A stretch of DNA of 41,026 bases from Acetobacteraceae bacterium (lineage in GTDB: Bacteria > Pseudomonadota > Alphaproteobacteria > Acetobacterales > Acetobacteraceae): contig JADGHI010000001.1 of NCBI GenBank assembly GCA_019689515.1, positions 1 through 41,026 on the forward strand, written 5' to 3'. Of this stretch, positions 19,329 through 27,333 are shown piece by piece. The stretch's first letter is position 1, and every line of letters begins with the position of its first letter. The notes below the pieces were generated by a model, which worked only from the letters and a program-made list of their open reading frames with translations, had not been told where the DNA came from and did not search any database. Position numbers and translations under genes: made by a program.

Positions 19329-20759
19329 TCAGCCGAGCGGCGGCACGCGCCGGTGCCAGTCCGTGTCGCGCTGGAAGGCGTCCGCCGCCCGCAGCACGCG
19401 CGCCTCGGCGAAGGGCCGGCCGGCGAGCTGCAGGCCGATCGGCAGGCCGCGGTCGTCGAACCCGCAGGGAATGCTGACCACCGGCAGGCCCAGATAGTTG
19501 AACGGCCGCGTGTTCGCCGAGACGGCCATGAAGCGCGACCAGTTCTGTGGATCGGCGTCGATGTCGGTCTCCGCGAGGGTCGGCACGCGCGTCCGCAGCG
19601 TCGGTGTCGCCACCAGGTCGAAGCGGCCGAACGCCTCGGTGCAGAATTGGCGCAGGACCGGGCCGCGGCGCGACAGCGCCTCGACATAGAGATGGCCCGG
19701 GATGGCGTAGCCGCCAAAGAGCCGGGCGGAGAGGTGGATGGAGTAGTCGCCCGGCCGCCCGCGCATCCAGTTCGCGTGGATCGCGGCGCCCTCCACCCGG
19801 CTGAGCAGCGCGCCATAGGCGGTGACGGCGCGGAGCGACGGGACGGAGATGCGCTCCACCGTCGCGCCGCGCGCCTTGAGCACCTCGAGCGCCGCCTCGA
19901 AGGCATCCACCACGACGGTGTCGGCGCCGTCGAAGAACCACTGCTGAGGCACCGCGATGCGCAGGCCCCGGATGTCGCCGGTGAGCGCCGCCTCGTAGTC
20001 CGCCACAGGCTCGCGCGCGCTGGTCGGGTCCTTCGGGTCATGGCCGGCGACGACGCGCAGGAACCGCGCCGCGTCGCGCGCCGTGCGCACCAGCGGGCCG
20101 ACATTGTCCGCGGAGAAGGAGAGCGGCATGACGCCGAAGCGCGAGACGCGAGTCTGCGTCGGCTTCAGCCCCGTGACGCCGCAGAGCGACGCCGGCAGGC
20201 GGATCGAGCCGCCCGTGTCGGACCCCAGCGCCGCGGTGACGAACCGCGCGGCGACGCTGGCGCCGGAGCCGGAGGAGGAGCCGCCGGTGCAGTAGGGCAG
20301 GTTCCAGGGGTTGTGGCAGTCGCCGAAATGCGCGTTGTGGCCCGTGGGATTCTGCGCGAACTCGGCCATGTTCAGCGTGCCGAGATCGATGGCTCCGGCG
20401 GCGTCGAGCCGCTCCAGCACCGTCGCCGTCACCGTGGGCACGAAGTCACGGCGGATCTTCGACCCGCAGGTGCTCACCTTTCCGGCGCGGTAGTACATGT
20501 CCTTGTGCGCCACGGGCACGCCATGCAGCGGTCCCAGCGGCTTGCCGGCCGCACGCGCCTTATCCGCCGCGGCCGCCGCCTCCCGCGCCTCCTCGCGGTC
20601 GAGCCGGATGAAGGAATTGACCTTGCCGTCATGCGCCTCGATGCGCGCGAGGCAGGCCTCGAGCAGCGCGCTGGCGGTGATCTCGCCGCGGGCGATCGCG
20701 TCCGCGGCCTCGGTCATGGACAGCGTTGCGAGGTCCGTGGCGTCAACGGGAGCGTTCAC
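19329..20759 (-). CDS. Amidase-signature family amidase (GatA/AtzE-like)
   Basis: GTG start at 20759; HGVPVAHKD (catalytic Lys), GGSSSGSG, LGSDTGGSIRLPASLCG and GLPIGLQL. Confidence 0.93.
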   Translation of the reverse strand: MNAPVDATDLATLSMTEAADAIARGEITASALLEACLARIEAHDGKVNSFIRLDREEAREAAAAADKARAAGKPLGPLHGVPVAHKDMYYRAGKVSTCGSKIRRDFVPTVTATVLERLDAAGAIDLGTLNMAEFAQNPTGHNAHFGDCHNPWNLPYCTGGSSSGSGASVAARFVTAALGSDTGGSIRLPASLCGVTGLKPTQTRVSRFGVMPLSFSADNVGPLVRTARDAARFLRVVAGHDPKDPTSAREPVADYEAALTGDIRGLRIAVPQQWFFDGADTVVVDAFEAALEVLKARGATVERISVPSLRAVTAYGALLSRVEGAAIHANWMRGRPGDYSIHLSARLFGGYAIPGHLYVEALSRRGPVLRQFCTEAFGRFDLVATPTLRTRVPTLAETDIDADPQNWSRFMAVSANTRPFNYLGLPVVSIPCGFDDRGLPIGLQLAGRPFAEARVLRAADAFQRDTDWHRRVPPLG

Positions 20760-20962
20760 GGCGTCTTCTCCTTCTCGGCCTGCAGCGCCGCCTCGAAGGA
20801 GGACGGCTCGTCCTCGAACACCAGCGTACCGCGCAGCGCCTCGAGCTCCGCGAGCAGCGGCGGGAAGTCGGAAAGGCCGTGCCGCGCCGCCGCGTTCGGG
20901 CACTCTACGCCACTCCAGCGCCGGATGCGCTCGATGGTGGGCTGAACCAGGTCAGATTCCAT
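20756..20962 (-). CDS. Small (68 aa) protein translationally coupled to the amidase; possible GatC/AtzG-like partner
   Basis: RBS GGGAGA, GTGA overlap with the amidase start, GC3-biased codons; sits directly behind the sigma54 promoter. Confidence 0.72.
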   Translation of the reverse strand: MESDLVQPTIERIRRWSGVECPNAAARHGLSDFPPLLAELEALRGTLVFEDEPSSFEAALQAEKEKTP

Positions 20963-20999
20963 GCGCGATTCTCCCGCTGCAATGCGCGGCGGTCAGGCT

Positions 21000-21016
21000 A
21001 GCAAACGACGTGCCAG
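21000..21016 (-). promoter_or_regulatory. sigma54 (RpoN) -24/-12 promoter
   Basis: The minus strand reads CTGGCACGTCGTTTGCT, an exact TGGCAC-N5-TTGCW match, 37 bp upstream of the ATG at 20962. Confidence 0.82.
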
Positions 21017-21239
21017 CTTGTCGCCCTTCCCGGACGCGCGGCAACCAGAGTGCGGATGCAGCAGCGGCCCTCCACCTGCCGCTTCGCGCGCCCGTTTCGG
21101 CAGCCGGCCGTCTCCCGGCCGGAGCGGCGCCCCGGCGCGAACCCCGCGCCGCGCGCAATCCGCCGGCACCGATGCTGCACCACCGGTAGTCACATGGCCT
21201 TGGCCACGCGCCGCCGCGTGCCGATGCGCCAATGGGCCG

Positions 21240-22937
21240 TCAGGACGCGATCGCGTAGGCCGGGCGCCGCGGATCGGCGCCGGCATGGACCATGCCGCTC
21301 CTCGGATCGGTCAGGATCACCTCCACGCTGCCGGCGAGCCAGGTCCACTCCGGCCAGTCCTGCATCGCGTGCCCGCGCGCGGCAAGCTCCTGTCGCGTCT
21401 CCGCTCCAATCCGGGTCTCGGCCGCGAGGCGAGCGGGAAAATACTCGAAGGGCGCGAAGGAGGACGGGAAGGAGTAGCTCGCCACGCGCGGCGCCTCGAT
21501 CGCGGCCTGCACCTCCATGCCGAAATGCAGCACATTGAGCATCACCTGCAGCATGGCCTGGATCTGCACGTCGCCACCCGGCGTGCCGAAGGGCATCACG
21601 CCGCCGTCGCGCGTGACGACCATGGCCGGATTGGGCGTCAGGCGCGGCCGCTTGCCGGGCGCGACGCCGCAGGGATGCCTCGGGTCCGGCCGGCTCTGCG
21701 AGCCGCGGTTGGAGGGGATGATGCCGAGGCCCGGCACCACCGGCGAGTTCCACGACCCATCCGAGGGCGTGGCGCTGAACGCATTGCCCCAGCGATCGAC
21801 GACGCAGACATAGGTGGTGTCGGCCTCCACCATCGGCGCGGCGGCGCGGGTCTCCGGCACCGGTGCGGTCCCGGCATTGAGCCGCGGGGCGGGCATGCCG
21901 GGATGGGCGCGCCGCGGGTCGATCTCCCGCGCGCGCGCCTCGATGTGCGCATCGGAGAGCAACGCGTCCAGCGGCACGTCCACGAAGGCCGGGTCGCCGA
22001 AGTGGTACTCGCGGTCCGCCATTGCCGCCTTCACGGCCTCAGCGAACAGGTGCAGGTAGTCGGCCGAGTTGTGCGCGAGCCCGTCGAGCCCGGCGCGCTC
22101 CATCACCAGCAGCGCCTCGAGCAGCGCCGGGCCCTGGCACCACGGGCCGCAGGTCAGCACCTCGTGCCCGCGCCAGCGCCGCCGCACCACGGGCTCCAGG
22201 CGCGACCGGAAAGCGGCCATGTCCTCCATCGAGAGGTAGCCGCCCTCGCGCTTCTGGAAGGCGACGATCTCGCGCGCGATGTCGCCCTGGTAGAACGCCG
22301 CACGCGCCGCGGCGAGGCCGGCGAGGCGCCCCTTCCCCGCCGCCTTGCGCTCCTCGTCCACCATGTATTGCAGGGTGCGCGCGAGGTCGGCCTGCACGAA
22401 TTTCTCGCCGACGCACGGCCGCCGCCCTCCCGGCAGGAAGATCGCCGCGCTGGAGGGCCAGCGCGCGTACTCCGCCTCGTGCTTCTCGATGTTCTCGGCG
22501 AGCAAGGGGAAGACCGCGAAGCCGTCGCGGGCGAAGCGGATCGCGTATTGCGCCACGTCGCCGAAGCTCATCGTGCCATGGCGCTCCAGCGCGGTGATCC
22601 AGGCATCCGGCGCGGCCGGCACCACGGTCCGCAGCACGCCGGGGGGAATCTTGCCGCCATGCTCGCGCATGAACAGGTCGGGGGGCAGCGATTTCGGCCA
22701 GTGGCCGAGGCCGGCGATAGTCTCCACCGTGCCGTCCGCCTTGCGGATCATGATCGGCGCCACGCCCGCAACGTTCACCAGGTCCGGGAGCAGGACGCCG
22801 AGCGCGATGCCGGCCGCGCAGCCCGCGTCGATCGCGTTGCCGCCGGCCTCCAGCACGGCGAAGCCTGCGGCTGCGCCGAGGTAATGGCCGGCCGAGACCG
22901 CGTGGCGCGTGCCGCTGATGGTCGGGCGTGTCTGCAT
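21240..22937 (-). CDS. Gamma-glutamyltransferase (Ntn-hydrolase) family protein
   Basis: GGNAIDAG, MADRE...GDP, autoprocessing site D-TTYVCVVDRWGN, PGKRPRLT, GTPGG and GADPRR; no signal peptide. Confidence 0.92.
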   Translation of the reverse strand: MQTRPTISGTRHAVSAGHYLGAAAGFAVLEAGGNAIDAGCAAGIALGVLLPDLVNVAGVAPIMIRKADGTVETIAGLGHWPKSLPPDLFMREHGGKIPPGVLRTVVPAAPDAWITALERHGTMSFGDVAQYAIRFARDGFAVFPLLAENIEKHEAEYARWPSSAAIFLPGGRRPCVGEKFVQADLARTLQYMVDEERKAAGKGRLAGLAAARAAFYQGDIAREIVAFQKREGGYLSMEDMAAFRSRLEPVVRRRWRGHEVLTCGPWCQGPALLEALLVMERAGLDGLAHNSADYLHLFAEAVKAAMADREYHFGDPAFVDVPLDALLSDAHIEARAREIDPRRAHPGMPAPRLNAGTAPVPETRAAAPMVEADTTYVCVVDRWGNAFSATPSDGSWNSPVVPGLGIIPSNRGSQSRPDPRHPCGVAPGKRPRLTPNPAMVVTRDGGVMPFGTPGGDVQIQAMLQVMLNVLHFGMEVQAAIEAPRVASYSFPSSFAPFEYFPARLAAETRIGAETRQELAARGHAMQDWPEWTWLAGSVEVILTDPRSGMVHAGADPRRPAYAIAS

Positions 22938-23146
22938 GGGGCAACGCTCCTCTGCGCCGGCGGAGGGCGCACAGCCGAGAGTGCGGCCGGCCCCGCCATC
23001 ATGCCACAGGGTCCGCGCGGCCGGCCGGCGATGTCAACCGGGTCCGCCTCGCCCGCCCGCTTCACGCCGGCGCCCGCAGACGCGAGGATGCGTGTGCAGC
23101 ACCGCGCCGCATGGCCGCTGCCGATGCCTGGAAGGAGCCACAGTCC

Positions 23147-23947
23147 ATGTCCGAAACCGCCTCCGCCCCGCCCGTCCTGCTTTCCGTGGACTCCCGCGGC
23201 ATCGCGACCGCCACGCTCAACCGCCCGCACAAGGGCAATGCTTATGACGAGGGCCTGCTCGCCGCCCTGATCGAGGGGCTCGACCGGCTGGAGGGCGACG
23301 CGAGCGTGCGCGCCCTCGTGATCCGTGGCGCGGGCAAGCATTTCCAGGCCGGCGCCGACCTCGACTGGCTGGCCCAGGCGGCCACCTACCCGCCGGAGAA
23401 GGCCTTCGAGGCCTCGATGGCCACCACCCGCGCGATGCAGAAGCTCAACGAGTTCCCGCGCCCCACCTTCGCCCTGATCCACGGCGCCTGCTTCGGCGGC
23501 GGCTGCGGCATCGTCTGCTGCGTGGACGTCGCGCTCGCCACCTCCGATGCGATCTTCGGCATCACCGAGGTACGCGTCGGCGTGGCGCCGACGCCGATCA
23601 GCACGCACATGGTCAACGCCATGGGCCTGCGCCACACCCGCCGCTACGCGCTGACCGGCGAGCGCTTCGACGCCGCCGAGGCGATGCGCATCGGCCTCGT
23701 CCACGAGGTCCATCCGGCCGACAAGATCGAGGCGAGGCTCGCGGAGATCCTCGACCAGACCATGCTCTCCGGGCCGGGGGCAATCGCGATGACGAAGCAC
23801 TCCTTCCTCGCCGCCAACGGCCTTACCCTCAGCCCGCGCGAGATGGCGATGCTGGCGCATGAGAGCTGGACTCAGCGCGCCTCCGAGGAAGGGCGCGAGG
23901 GGCTGGCCGCCTTCCGCGAGAAGCGCCGCCCGAGCTGGTATCGCTGA
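23147..23947 (+). CDS. Enoyl-CoA hydratase/isomerase (methylglutaconyl-CoA hydratase-like)
   Basis: ATG 23147 with AAGGAG RBS; LNRP..GNA, FQAGADL, GACFGGG, TEVRVG and EGLAAFREKRRPSW. Confidence 0.9.
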   Translation: MSETASAPPVLLSVDSRGIATATLNRPHKGNAYDEGLLAALIEGLDRLEGDASVRALVIRGAGKHFQAGADLDWLAQAATYPPEKAFEASMATTRAMQKLNEFPRPTFALIHGACFGGGCGIVCCVDVALATSDAIFGITEVRVGVAPTPISTHMVNAMGLRHTRRYALTGERFDAAEAMRIGLVHEVHPADKIEARLAEILDQTMLSGPGAIAMTKHSFLAANGLTLSPREMAMLAHESWTQRASEEGREGLAAFREKRRPSWYR

Positions 23948-24002
23948 GCCCACCGAGCGGCCGGTCACCGGCAACGGCCTGGCCGCCCACGGCGCCTCCC
24001 AC

Positions 24003-24027
24003 GGAACCCGGCGGGCCGTTGCGCGTC
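24003..24027 (+). promoter_or_regulatory. Candidate EcfG (sigmaT/RpoE2) general-stress promoter
   Basis: GGAAC-N16-CGTC (consensus GGAAC-N16/17-CGTT), just upstream of RBS GGAGG and the ATG at 24049. Confidence 0.45.
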
Positions 24028-24048
24028 CGGGCAGGCGGAGGTTGCCGC

Positions 24049-25176
24049 ATGCCCGACGACGAGCCCATCCGTGCCCGCGCCCCGCAGGGCGCAGGGCACG
24101 ACCCTGCGGAGACGGTGCCGCACCACGGCGCGCTCCGCCTGCCCACGGTCGAGATCGACACCTACAACGAGGAACTGCGGCACGACGAGGGCGGATTCCT
24201 CGGCGACCGCGCCTCCTCGCGCGCCTTCACCGAGATCCTGGAGGACTGGCGTGACCGGCTGCGCCACGTCGGCGCCGAGGACCCCCTCGGCGAGCGGCCG
24301 AGCAAGGCGATCAAGCACAAGGCGCTCGACGCCGCCCTGACCGATGGCGAGCCGGAGGCGGCCGGGCTGGTGCAGTCCGCCATCGAGGACTTCGCGCACG
24401 AGCTCGCCGCCGTGATCCGCCGCTTCCTCCGCCTCAGGGCGTGGAGGGACACGGAGCGCATCATTATCGGCGGGGGATTCCGTGAGAGCCGCATCGGCGA
24501 GGTGGCGATCGGGCGCAGCCAGGTGCTGCTGCGGACCGAGGGCGTGCCGGTGGACCTGGTGCCGATCCGCCACGCCCCCGACGAGGCCGGGCTGATCGGC
24601 GCGGCGCAGCTCCTGCCATGCGAAATGCTGGAGGCCTGCGACCTCTTCCTCGCCGTGGACATCGGCGGGACGAATTTCCGCGCCGGGCTGGTGGAGCCTC
24701 GCCTCTCCAAGGCCGCCGACCTCTCCGCCGCGCGGGTGCGCCGGGCCGAGCAGTGGCGGCACCGCGACGAGAGGCCGACCCGCAAGCAGGCGGTGGCGAG
24801 GCTCGTGGAAATGCTGCGTGACCTCGCGGCCTGGGCGGAAAAGGACAAGCTGCGCCTCGCGCCCTGGATCGGCGTCGGGTGCCCAGGGCTGATCGAGGCG
24901 GACGGCCGGATCAGCCGCGGCGCGCAGAACCTGCCCGGCAACTGGCAGACCGACCGGTTCAATCTGCCCGAGGAGCTGAACGCGGCGCTGACCGGGCTCA
25001 GCGGCGCCACGAGGGTGGTGCTGCACAACGACGCCGTGGTGCAGGGCCTCTCAGAGGCGCCGTTCCAGCGCGACGACGTGACGCGTTGGGGCGTGCTGAC
25101 GATCGGCACGGGCCTCGGCAATGCCCGCTTCACCAACCAGGCGGGAAAGGCGCCGGCGGCCTCCTCACGCCGCTAA
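24049..25176 (+). CDS. ROK-family sugar kinase-like protein with permuted motif order
   Basis: AVDIGGTN, IGVGCPG, LHNDA and TIGTGLG lie in the C-terminal half; IIIGGG and AGLIGAA lie in the N-terminal half. Confidence 0.85.
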   Translation: MPDDEPIRARAPQGAGHDPAETVPHHGALRLPTVEIDTYNEELRHDEGGFLGDRASSRAFTEILEDWRDRLRHVGAEDPLGERPSKAIKHKALDAALTDGEPEAAGLVQSAIEDFAHELAAVIRRFLRLRAWRDTERIIIGGGFRESRIGEVAIGRSQVLLRTEGVPVDLVPIRHAPDEAGLIGAAQLLPCEMLEACDLFLAVDIGGTNFRAGLVEPRLSKAADLSAARVRRAEQWRHRDERPTRKQAVARLVEMLRDLAAWAEKDKLRLAPWIGVGCPGLIEADGRISRGAQNLPGNWQTDRFNLPEELNAALTGLSGATRVVLHNDAVVQGLSEAPFQRDDVTRWGVLTIGTGLGNARFTNQAGKAPAASSRR

Positions 25177-25244
25177 GCGGCGGCCCCACGCAGGGCGGGC
25201 CGCCCTTGCTCCCGGTCCTGGGGTCACGTGCTATGACGGCCGCC

Positions 25245-26084
25245 ATGGACCTCGAGGCCGAATACAACAACCGCGCGCGCGTCCCCGAGCACCCGGCAAT
25301 CCTGGAGGGATGGGCGCGGGACGCCGCCGCCTACCGCGCCGCGCGCCGCGACAGCGCCGAGCTGGACCTGGCCTATGGGCCTGGGGAGCGCGAGCGGCTG
25401 GACCTGTTCTGGCCGGAGGCGGCCGGCGCCACGCGGGACGCGCCGATCGCGCTGTTCATTCACGGCGGCTACTGGCAGGCACTGGACCGAAGCTGGGTCA
25501 GCCACTGCGCGCGCGGCCTCAACGCTCGCGGCGTGGCAGTCGCCATCCCGTCCTACGACCTGTGCCCCGCCGTTACCGTCGCGCACATCCTGGACCAGAT
25601 GCGCGCCGCGGCGGCCTTCCTGCACCGCCGGCACGGGCGGCGCCTGCTGGCGGCCGGGCATTCCGCCGGCGGCCACCTCGCGGCCATGCTCATGGCGACC
25701 GACTGGCGCGCCCTCGACCCCGCCCTGCCGGCGGACCTCGTGCCGGCCGGGCTGCCGATCTCGGGCCTGTTCGAGCTGGAGCCGCTCCTGCCGACCACGA
25801 TCGCCCGGGCGCTCCGCCTCGACGCGGCAGAGGCGCACGCCCTCTCGCCGCGCTGGCTCCCCGCGCCGCGCAGCGGCGACACGGCGACCATGCTGCATGC
25901 CGTGGTCGGCGGGGCGGAAAGTACCGAGTTCATCCGCCAGACCCGCGACTTCGCCGCCGCCTGGGGCGGAAGCTGGGAGGCGCTGCCGGGCGCGAACCAC
26001 TTCACCGTCCTCGCGCCGCTCTCCGACCCGGCGAGTGCGCTGGTCGCACGCGCCGCGGCCATGGCGGCGCGGCTTGCCGGCTGA
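25245..26084 (+). CDS. Alpha/beta hydrolase, arylformamidase (kynurenine formamidase AFMID-like)
   Basis: EYNNRARVPEH, YGPGERERLDLF, FIHGGYWQ, GHSAGGHL nucleophile elbow, E..EF..Q and NHF. The start is ATG 25245 or 25233. Confidence 0.88.
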   Translation: MDLEAEYNNRARVPEHPAILEGWARDAAAYRAARRDSAELDLAYGPGERERLDLFWPEAAGATRDAPIALFIHGGYWQALDRSWVSHCARGLNARGVAVAIPSYDLCPAVTVAHILDQMRAAAAFLHRRHGRRLLAAGHSAGGHLAAMLMATDWRALDPALPADLVPAGLPISGLFELEPLLPTTIARALRLDAAEAHALSPRWLPAPRSGDTATMLHAVVGGAESTEFIRQTRDFAAAWGGSWEALPGANHFTVLAPLSDPASALVARAAAMAARLAG

Positions 26085-26139
26085 TGCCGTACGCCTCAAA
26101 TAGCCGCGACCGAGCACCGGAGGGGAGGAGGGACCGACC

Positions 26140-27333
26140 ATGACGACGCCACGGCTCGACAGGCGCCAACTGCTCGCAACGGCCGCCGCCTTCGGCCTCG
26201 CCGCGCCGCATGTCGCGCGCGCCCAGGCGCAGGCGGTGAAGATCGGGCTCGTCGCGGTGCTCACCGGCCCTCAGGCGGCCCTCGGCACCCAGCTGCGGGA
26301 CGGCTTCCAGCAGGGCCTGCGCCATCTCGACGGCAAGCTGGGCGGCCGGCCCGCCGAGGTCATCGTGATCGACGACGAGCTGAAGCCGGACGTCGCCGTC
26401 ACCAAGGTCCGCGCCGCGCTGGAGCGCGACAAGGTGGACTTCGTGGTCGGCGTGGTGTTCTCCAACATCCTCCAGGCGGTGTTCCGCCCGGTGACGGAGA
26501 CGAACACCTTCCTGATCTCCACCAATGCCGGCGCCTCGACCTTCGCCGGGCGCGGATGCAACCCGTTCTTCTTCACCACCTCCTACAACAACGACCAGGT
26601 CCACGCCGCGATGGGCCAGGTGGCCCAGGACGAGGGCTACCGCCGCGTCTTCATCCTCGTGCCCAACTACCAGGCCGGGCGCGACGCCGCCGCCGGCTTC
26701 AAGAGCCGCTTCAAGGGCGAGGTGGTGGACGAGGTCTATGTCCCCCTCACCCAGCTCGACTTCTCCGCGGATCTCGCGAAGATCGCGGCGGCGCGGCCGG
26801 ATGCGCTGTTCACCTTCATGCCCGGCGGCCTCGGCGTGAACCTGGTGCGCCAGTACCGTCAGGCGGGCCTCGCCAACATCCCCTTCCTCTCCACCTTCAC
26901 GGTGGACGAGGCGACCCTGCCCGCGCAGGGCGAGGCGGCGCTCGGCTTCCTGCACGCCGCGCCCTGGGCGCCGAACATGGACAACGAGCAGAACCGCCGC
27001 TTCGTGCGCGACTTCGAGGCGCAATACAACTACGTCCCCGCCACCTACGCCGCGCAGTCCTACGACGGCGCCATGCTACTCGATTCGGCGATCCGCAAGG
27101 TGGACGGCAACCTCGCCGACAAGGCGGCGCTGCGCCGCGCGCTGGAGGCCGCCGATTTCCGCTCCGTACGCGGCAATTTCCGCTTCGGCCCGAACCACTA
27201 CCCGGTGCAGGACTTCTGGCTCTGCCGCGTCGCCCGCCGGCCGGACGGCAAGTTCCAGACCGAGGCCGTGCGCAAGGTGCTGGAGAACAACGCCGATCCC
27301 CATGTCGGCGAGTGCCGCATGCGCCCGGCCTGA
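26140..27333 (+). CDS. ABC transporter substrate-binding protein, LivK-like (aromatic acid-binding subgroup)
   Basis: RR signal; DDELKPDVA, FSNIL, NAGAS, PNYQAGRD and NHYPVQDF; strong RBS. Confidence 0.92.
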   Translation: MTTPRLDRRQLLATAAAFGLAAPHVARAQAQAVKIGLVAVLTGPQAALGTQLRDGFQQGLRHLDGKLGGRPAEVIVIDDELKPDVAVTKVRAALERDKVDFVVGVVFSNILQAVFRPVTETNTFLISTNAGASTFAGRGCNPFFFTTSYNNDQVHAAMGQVAQDEGYRRVFILVPNYQAGRDAAAGFKSRFKGEVVDEVYVPLTQLDFSADLAKIAAARPDALFTFMPGGLGVNLVRQYRQAGLANIPFLSTFTVDEATLPAQGEAALGFLHAAPWAPNMDNEQNRRFVRDFEAQYNYVPATYAAQSYDGAMLLDSAIRKVDGNLADKAALRRALEAADFRSVRGNFRFGPNHYPVQDFWLCRVARRPDGKFQTEAVRKVLENNADPHVGECRMRPA

